Below, piece by piece: positions 33,121-37,591 of a stretch of DNA of 37,591 nucleotides (the stretch's first letter is position 1; the number at the start of each line of letters is the position of its first letter). The notes under the pieces were generated by a model. The model worked only from the letters and a program-made list of their open reading frames with translations, was not told where the DNA came from and made no database searches. The DNA is from a virus. A program made the position numbers and the translations under genes. The stretch is from the IMG/VR virus record IMGVR_UViG_3300028241_000164; one strand, 5' to 3'.

Positions 33121-33319
33121 CCTTACGGATGCGGCCTTTAACAGAATGGAAAAAGCAGAACGCTCAAAGGCCGAGGCCATACCGCCAAAGGAATGTGGGT
33201 ATTCCTGCGACTGCAACGATTGCAACGAGGCGTATCTATGCCAAGAGAAGTGGAACTATGACTACGAGTGCGATGCGGATTGTAGGTACTGCAACAACGA
33301 TGATTGCAAAAACAGGTGA
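33113..33319 (+). CDS. Cys-rich small protein (68 aa, 10 Cys in the last 42 residues)
   Basis: GTG 33113 follows AAAGGGGTGG. C-terminal ECGYSCDCNDCNEAYLCQEKWNYDYECDADCRYCNNDDC. Confidence 0.5.
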   Translation: MSDLTDAAFNRMEKAERSKAEAIPPKECGYSCDCNDCNEAYLCQEKWNYDYECDADCRYCNNDDCKNR

Positions 33320-33369
33320 CATTCTCAAAATCGGCATTTTGCGAAACTCATGAAAGAAGGGAAAAGACA

Positions 33370-34113
33370 ATGAACAAGACAAAAATCGACTGGGCCGACA
33401 GCACTTGGAACCCTGTTACCGGGTGTCTGAACGATTGCCCATACTGCTATGCGAAAAAGATTTCCACAAGGTTTGATGCACATTTTTTTGCTGATAAACC
33501 AAAGGTTCTTAAATTCCCTATGCGTTCAAATCAAGGAATTATATATCCATATCCCTATGGCTTTACGCCGACTTTTCACAGATACCGCCTTGACGAACCC
33601 GCACAAAAGAAAAAGCCACAGAATATCTTCGTTTGCTCAATGGCTGATTTGTTCGGGGACTGGGTGCCGATAAGTTGGATTAAGGATGTGCTGACCGCTT
33701 GTTACAAAGCACCGTGGCACAATTACCTATTCCTGACGAAAAACCCGCAGCGCCTCATTGACATGGGAAAGCAAGGACTACTCCCCGCCAAAGAGAACTA
33801 CTGGTACGGAACGACCATCACGGACGACGCGACGCCGTTCTTCTATTCCGAAGCGCACAACTGCTTTTTATCAATCGAGCCACTGATGGGCGCGTTCGGA
33901 GAGGACGGAAAACTGCCGCCCGCCATCAAATGGGTAATCATCGGCGCAGAAACAGGAAACCGCAAAGGCAAGGTTATTCCCCAAAAGGAATGGATTGAGA
34001 GCATTGTTGATGTCTGCCGCGATTTTGGAACGCCTGTGTTTATGAAAGAATCACTGCGTGAACTGATGGGCGACGATTCTAAACAGGAGTTTCCGGAGGG
34101 GCTGAAACGATGA
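33370..34113 (+). CDS. DUF5131 (phage Gp37/Gp68) family protein with CX3CX2C motif
   Basis: TKIDWADSTWNPVTGCLNDCPYCYAKK is the family N-terminal signature. Start at ATG 33370 with an RBS. Confidence 0.75.
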   Translation: MNKTKIDWADSTWNPVTGCLNDCPYCYAKKISTRFDAHFFADKPKVLKFPMRSNQGIIYPYPYGFTPTFHRYRLDEPAQKKKPQNIFVCSMADLFGDWVPISWIKDVLTACYKAPWHNYLFLTKNPQRLIDMGKQGLLPAKENYWYGTTITDDATPFFYSEAHNCFLSIEPLMGAFGEDGKLPPAIKWVIIGAETGNRKGKVIPQKEWIESIVDVCRDFGTPVFMKESLRELMGDDSKQEFPEGLKR

Positions 34114-34430
34114 ATCACAATCATCGGCATTTGATGAAGTGGGAAATGAAAAAGAATTATAAGAAATACTACAAGCGCATGGACAGGCTTGCATCGACCA
34201 TGAAAAAAGAGGGTATCGACGTTTTCTTTCTCTCCTCGCGGAGCGTTGACGAGAAACGAGCGGAGCAGAAGCGTGTGGCAAACATCCATCCAGAGGCACT
34301 TCTGAACGCTGTTGCAAGCGCGATGGTTGATATGGCGCGAAATGGCGGTGTCGATGTGAGGGCTGTGCTTGATGTGTTGTCGGGTAAGGTGTTGTCGCGG
34401 ACGACGGGGGACGAAAATGCTTCTCAATGA
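34110..34430 (+). CDS. hypothetical protein (106 aa)
   Basis: ATGA overlap with the upstream gene. It precedes the loader gene. Confidence 0.55.
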   Translation: MNHNHRHLMKWEMKKNYKKYYKRMDRLASTMKKEGIDVFFLSSRSVDEKRAEQKRVANIHPEALLNAVASAMVDMARNGGVDVRAVLDVLSGKVLSRTTGDENASQ

Positions 34431-35151
34431 GGTGAACACCACCGTTTATTGCGACACTTGCCATAAGCCGAAGTGCGTTGCTGTCGATGGAGTGCCCGGA
34501 AAACTTCCTGTTATGTGCGACTGCGAGGCACAGGCGTATGCAAAGCGTCAGCAGGAGCAGAACGAGCGCCGCCGTTTGCAGGGGATAAGGGCGAGGATAG
34601 AATCGGGCATACCGGCGGGCAAGTACAGGCAGTACACCTTCGCCAAGGACGACAGGGCGAATCCGACAGCCTCCGATGCCGTTAAAAAATACGTTGACGA
34701 GTGGCCGGAGAACCTCCGAGCGGGGAAGGGCTTGTTACTTTGCGGCGGTGTCGGAAGCGGTAAAACCTTCCTTGCGGTGGCCGCTGCAAATGAGATTGTC
34801 AAGCAGTCGTCCGTCTATGTATCGGAATTGTCTACCCTTGCGCGGGACGCGGGAGATTTTAACAAGGATATGGACAGAATCATCGAGAATGTAGGCTTGC
34901 TTGTCATAGACGACATTGGCGTTGAGCGGTCATCGGAGTATGTGATGGAAAATGCCTATGCTATTATCAACGGGCGGTACAAGACAGGCTTGCCGGTCAT
35001 TTGCACAACGAACTTGACGCCGAGGGAATTGGTTATCAGCGGCACAAGCGTGAAGGCACGAATCTATGACAGGATATTGGAAATGTGTGGAACGACAATC
35101 GTGGTTGACACGAAGGTGAGCCGCAGGATAAAGAATAGGGGGAAAGCATGA
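34417..35151 (+). CDS. DnaC/IstB-like AAA+ helicase loader with N-terminal Cys cluster
   Basis: Walker A GGVGSGKT and Walker B LLVIDDIG. N-terminal CDTC...CDC. Start set to ATG 34417. Confidence 0.8.
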   Translation: MLLNEVNTTVYCDTCHKPKCVAVDGVPGKLPVMCDCEAQAYAKRQQEQNERRRLQGIRARIESGIPAGKYRQYTFAKDDRANPTASDAVKKYVDEWPENLRAGKGLLLCGGVGSGKTFLAVAAANEIVKQSSVYVSELSTLARDAGDFNKDMDRIIENVGLLVIDDIGVERSSEYVMENAYAIINGRYKTGLPVICTTNLTPRELVISGTSVKARIYDRILEMCGTTIVVDTKVSRRIKNRGKA

Positions 35152-35351
35152 ACAGCGCCGGACAATGGTACATTATTCTTGCGGAGTTTGTGGCAATCGT
35201 TCTTGTGGCAATCGGTTATCTTAAATATCAAAAGAGGTTCATTGCGTTTGAGGACAGGACAATAAAGCGCATTAAACGAAGGCTCCTAAAATGCCTGTTC
35301 AAAGAAACGCTGCTGGAGCCGGAGGGCCGCGACGAATGGGGGAATCGGTAA
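35148..35351 (+). CDS. small membrane protein (67 aa)
   Basis: TMD WYIILAEFVAIVLVAIGYL. ATGA overlap with the upstream gene. Confidence 0.55.
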   Translation: MNSAGQWYIILAEFVAIVLVAIGYLKYQKRFIAFEDRTIKRIKRRLLKCLFKETLLEPEGRDEWGNR

Positions 35352-35617
35352 TGAAGCCCGAAGAATTAGAGGCTATCCGGCTTGCCGATGAACAAATGTT
35401 CGGCCGTAAAAAAAGTGTTGCAATTTACCGGGGAAAGGAGTATTATTATAATAACCGGGAACGCCTGCGGAAGAAGGGCCGGGACTATTACGCGCAGAAC
35501 AGGGACAGTATAAAAGAATACAGGAGGCAGCGCCGGGAGGAGAACGCCGAAAAGGAACGGGAGCGGGACAGAGAGCGCTACCGGGCGAGAAAAGATGCAG
35601 AAAATAGTATCGGATGA
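35351..35617 (+). CDS. highly basic Arg/Tyr-repeat protein (88 aa)
   Basis: TAATG overlap with the upstream gene. YYYNNRERLRKKGRDYYAQNRDSIKEYRRQRREEN repeats. Confidence 0.55.
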   Translation: MKPEELEAIRLADEQMFGRKKSVAIYRGKEYYYNNRERLRKKGRDYYAQNRDSIKEYRRQRREENAEKERERDRERYRARKDAENSIG

Positions 35618-35762
35618 AAACGAGGATATGACGGAAATATACTTGCGCTACAAGCAGTTGACAGCGGAGGTTATCATCTACGACACGCCGGACGTGATAC
35701 CGTTTGAGCCATGCCGGGCCTTCAACGAGGACTATTACAGAATGATACGCCATAAAAGATAA
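35595..35762 (+). CDS. hypothetical mini-protein (55 aa)
   Basis: ORF below the track cutoff. It ends 2 nt before the terminator. No clear RBS. Confidence 0.35.
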   Translation: MQKIVSDENEDMTEIYLRYKQLTAEVIIYDTPDVIPFEPCRAFNEDYYRMIRHKR

Positions 35763-35763
35763 A

Positions 35764-35781
35764 GGCCGCCTTTCGGCGGCC
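35764..35781. terminator. bidirectional rho-independent terminator between convergent operons
   Basis: GGCCGCC-tttc-GGCGGCC, with T-rich runs on both strands (cATTTCTTT on plus, TTTATCTTTTAT on minus). Confidence 0.8.
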
Positions 35782-35805
35782 CATTTCTTTGCTTGATAGT
35801 TATTA

Positions 35806-36030
35806 TCACCTCCAAACTAACCTTGTTGTTTCAGTTGCCTGCCCCAACGGTGCAATAGGATGCAATCTGCGAAGTGTGCATACAATGTCATTTTCTTGAC
35901 TATCCCAAACGTACATTGTTGGACACGCGGAAAAAACATTATTTGACAGAATAGATGCCTTGCGTTTTAAGTCGCTCATTGTGTTAGCCCTTATAATGTT
36001 CCCGTGTAAAAGCCCCTTAAATCTTGTCAT
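35806..36030 (-). CDS. hypothetical protein (74 aa)
   Basis: RBS GGAGGA 7 nt upstream of ATG 36030. Confidence 0.6.
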   Translation of the reverse strand: MTRFKGLLHGNIIRANTMSDLKRKASILSNNVFSACPTMYVWDSQENDIVCTLRRLHPIAPLGQATETTRLVWR

Positions 36031-36040
36031 TGTTTTCCTC

Positions 36041-36199
36041 CTATTTAATACTTCTCATTGCCGATTCCATTGTCTTGTAGATACCGCACAGTACAGGCGG
36101 CTTGTCTTTCAACGTGTCGTATTCGTATTGCGTTACAAGCCACCGCCCGGAATATAGCAGGATTCTGTACCGGCGCCCGTCGGGCTTTTCAATGAGCAT
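36041..36199 (-). CDS. hypothetical protein (52 aa)
   Basis: RBS TAAGGAGG 5 nt upstream of ATG 36199. Protein starts MLIEKPDGRRYRILLYSGRWLV. It is below the track cutoff. Confidence 0.6.
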   Translation of the reverse strand: MLIEKPDGRRYRILLYSGRWLVTQYEYDTLKDKPPVLCGIYKTMESAMRSIK

Positions 36200-36208
36200 A
36201 TAGCCTCC

Positions 36209-36538
36209 TTAAAACTCAATCGGAACACATTCGGCGGCCAAGTATGCGTTGAAGTTCTTGACGGTTTCCCTGTACCATAGGCCTTCGACGATTTCAAAAT
36301 AGTCTTTGTTCATATAATCGCTATGATACAGGAAGTCAACCGCCTCTTTGAGCGTGTGCAACTTCGCGCCGCGCGGCAGTATCAATGTGCCGCTTGTAAT
36401 GTCCGTGATATACCATCCAGTACCGCGTTGATTGATTCCAAAGGCATTGCCATGAAATAGATAGACATAGCCTGTTTCCGTGTCGATTCCCTTAATGCCA
36501 TCGAACCGCTTGAAAATGAAATATGTTTGCTTTTTCAT
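36209..36538 (-). CDS. hypothetical protein (109 aa)
   Basis: ATG 36538 follows TTGGAGGG. Track ORF 36209..36550. Confidence 0.65.
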   Translation of the reverse strand: MKKQTYFIFKRFDGIKGIDTETGYVYLFHGNAFGINQRGTGWYITDITSGTLILPRGAKLHTLKEAVDFLYHSDYMNKDYFEIVEGLWYRETVKNFNAYLAAECVPIEF

Positions 36539-36553
36539 AATACCCTCCAATCG

Positions 36554-36577
36554 AGGCCGGGATATAGCGCCCGGCCT
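36554..36577 (-). other. 8-bp GC hairpin between two leftward genes (RNA processing/attenuation candidate)
   Basis: AGGCCGGG (36554..36561) pairs with CCCGGCCT (36570..36577). No U-tract. Confidence 0.35.
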
Positions 36578-36591
36578 TCGCTGTTCTGTTT

Positions 36592-37155
36592 CTACTTGAT
36601 TCTCAATTCAAAGTAGTCATCAATCATCCAATTTAATGCGCTGTTAAACGTTTGCTGTTCTTTAATAATGCGTTCGCGTTCAACGCGCATTTCTTCGACG
36701 TGCTGTAATTGTTCGGTGACGGTTTCAATCAATGCCTTGTGCTGTTCAACGTATGCCTTAATGTTCTCAACCACAACGGCGGCGTTTAACCTTCCATCAA
36801 TAATAGGTGATAAATGCGCTTTTTCTCCGATGTAATTGCAAGCGTGAGCGACTTGAACGGTATATGATGATACATAGGCGGTAGAAGAATAGCCGTAATT
36901 ATCGGGCTTTTCGCCGCGGATTGTGCGATTTTCGATGTACATTTTAATTTCCACCCATGAGTACTCCGATGAAAACTTCAAGTTCGCGTTGACTGCCTTT
37001 AACGCGGTATCAATGCGCTTGTTTACTTGCTTGCCGTCAAAGCGCTTGATAACTTCGATGACAGCCGGGGCGATGTCGTTTGCCTCCTGATATGCTTGCA
37101 AGTGCAGCCGCACAAGCGCGGCGCGGTCATTTGCGGTTAAGCGATAGTCTAACAT
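36592..37155 (-). CDS. hypothetical protein (187 aa)
   Basis: RBS AAGGAGGGA upstream of ATG 37155. Helical C-terminal half. I recognised no motif. Confidence 0.7.
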   Translation of the reverse strand: MLDYRLTANDRAALVRLHLQAYQEANDIAPAVIEVIKRFDGKQVNKRIDTALKAVNANLKFSSEYSWVEIKMYIENRTIRGEKPDNYGYSSTAYVSSYTVQVAHACNYIGEKAHLSPIIDGRLNAAVVVENIKAYVEQHKALIETVTEQLQHVEEMRVERERIIKEQQTFNSALNWMIDDYFELRIK

Positions 37156-37167
37156 TGTAATCCCTCC

Positions 37168-37362
37168 TTAATATTGATAGTAAATATCCGGTAAATCGAA
37201 CCTTGAATTGCTTGTCAACCAATGCGGGACTTCATAAACGATTTCATCCTCTTTGACCGGTTGCAGCCGGCATATTTCCTCCACAGCGGCGGCGATTTCG
37301 GTCATATCTTCCCCGGTGTCGGCGATAACCTTTTTTATCTTTTTCTCCCCCCTCCAAGCCAA
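37168..37362 (-). CDS. hypothetical protein (up to 64 aa, start uncertain)
   Basis: Track ORF with a TTG start that overlaps the upstream mini-gene. An internal ATG is an alternative start. Confidence 0.45.
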   Translation of the reverse strand: MAWRGEKKIKKVIADTGEDMTEIAAAVEEICRLQPVKEDEIVYEVPHWLTSNSRFDLPDIYYQY

Positions 37363-37451
37363 TCCGTTATTCTTTTCTCAAATATTCCCATCAGGAACAA
37401 CGCGACTGTAAGACCAACGAACCAAGCGCAAGTTATTTGCGGTTGAGTCAT
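37335..37451 (-). CDS. small membrane protein (38 aa)
   Basis: ATG 37451 overlaps the stop of the junction gene (ATGA). TMD ITCAWFVGLTVALFLMGIF. Confidence 0.45.
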   Translation of the reverse strand: MTQPQITCAWFVGLTVALFLMGIFEKRITDWLGGGRKR

Positions 37452-37591
37452 CTTATTTCCTCCAATTCGGCAATGCGCTCAATCATCCATGCGTTGATTT
37501 TGTCTTTCATATCCGCATAATCCGCCGCATGAGCCGCATCATTCGCCACATAAGCCGCCGCATCAGCCGCATAAGCCGCCGCACGAGCCGC
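37448..37591 (-). CDS. 3' part of the junction-spanning DUF7666-like/Imm5-like gene (continues from 1..481)
   Basis: 47 codons in frame from the window end, AARAAAYAADAAAYVANDAAHAADYADMKDKINAWMIERIAELEEIR, then TGA at 37450..37448. Confidence 0.7.
   Translation of the reverse strand, partial: AARAAAYAADAAAYVANDAAHAADYADMKDKINAWMIERIAELEEIR
37570..37591. repeat. 22-bp terminal overlap, second copy (identical to 1..22)
   Basis: Identical to 1..22. Confidence 0.9.

Noticed and set aside
1-37591. Stop-codon reassignment (TGA or TAG read-through), considered because two genes lack canonical starts just after in-frame stops.
   Set aside because: Very long ORFs (1802, 1081, 774 and 622 aa) are intact under the standard code. 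TAA, TGA and TAG all terminate well-supported genes. Read-through at 10791 would fuse the endolysin to the terminase, which is implausible.

Overview
The window is one complete, circularly closed dsDNA phage genome. The first 22 nt equal the last 22 nt, giving about 37.57 kb of unique sequence, and a minus-strand ORF reads in frame across the join. Strong AGGAGG-type RBSs, an M23+SH3 endolysin and an SRKFW-type holin suggest a Firmicutes/Clostridia host (inference).

Layout:
- Leftward block (minus strand, 35.8 kb through the junction to 4.0 kb): it starts at a near-consensus promoter (4104..4132). It encodes a K/P-rich mini-protein, two DNA methyltransferases flanking a 60-aa XRE regulator, a ~945-bp non-coding island (843..1787), a DUF7666-like/Imm5-like alanine-repeat protein that spans the junction, and seven small unknown proteins. 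It ends at a bidirectional terminator (35764..35781).
- Intergenic region 4133..4496: a 2 x 105-bp tandem duplication carries twelve 11-bp phased CTAGTTGTAGG-type units plus pure A/T tracts. It sits between two mutually homologous divergent promoters.
- Late rightward operon (4497..27378): terS, a 1081-aa beta-helix tailspike, a membrane/holin-like pair, a metallophosphoesterase, a MazG-related protein, holin and endolysin come first. Only then follow terL, portal, scaffold, capsid and two paralogous decoration-like proteins (one with three 93-aa repeats). The operon finishes with a podovirus-like tail/ejection set that includes an 1802-aa protein.
- Early rightward operon (27384..35762): zinc-finger mini-proteins, Rad52-like annealase, SSB, Gam-like protein, HNH-like nuclease, RusA, RNA ligase plus HAD phosphatase, a third methyltransferase, Cys-rich proteins, a DUF5131 protein with a CX3CX2C motif, and a DnaC-like loader.

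I recognised no integrase, polymerase, primase, tRNA or CRISPR array.

The most unusual items are the two iteron-like non-coding regions, the methyltransferase paralogs with swapped cores (an inverted repeat 29.5 kb apart), the RNA ligase/phosphatase pair, the split terS/terL, and the junction-spanning alanine-repeat gene.

All functional calls come from motifs read by eye. No database search was run.
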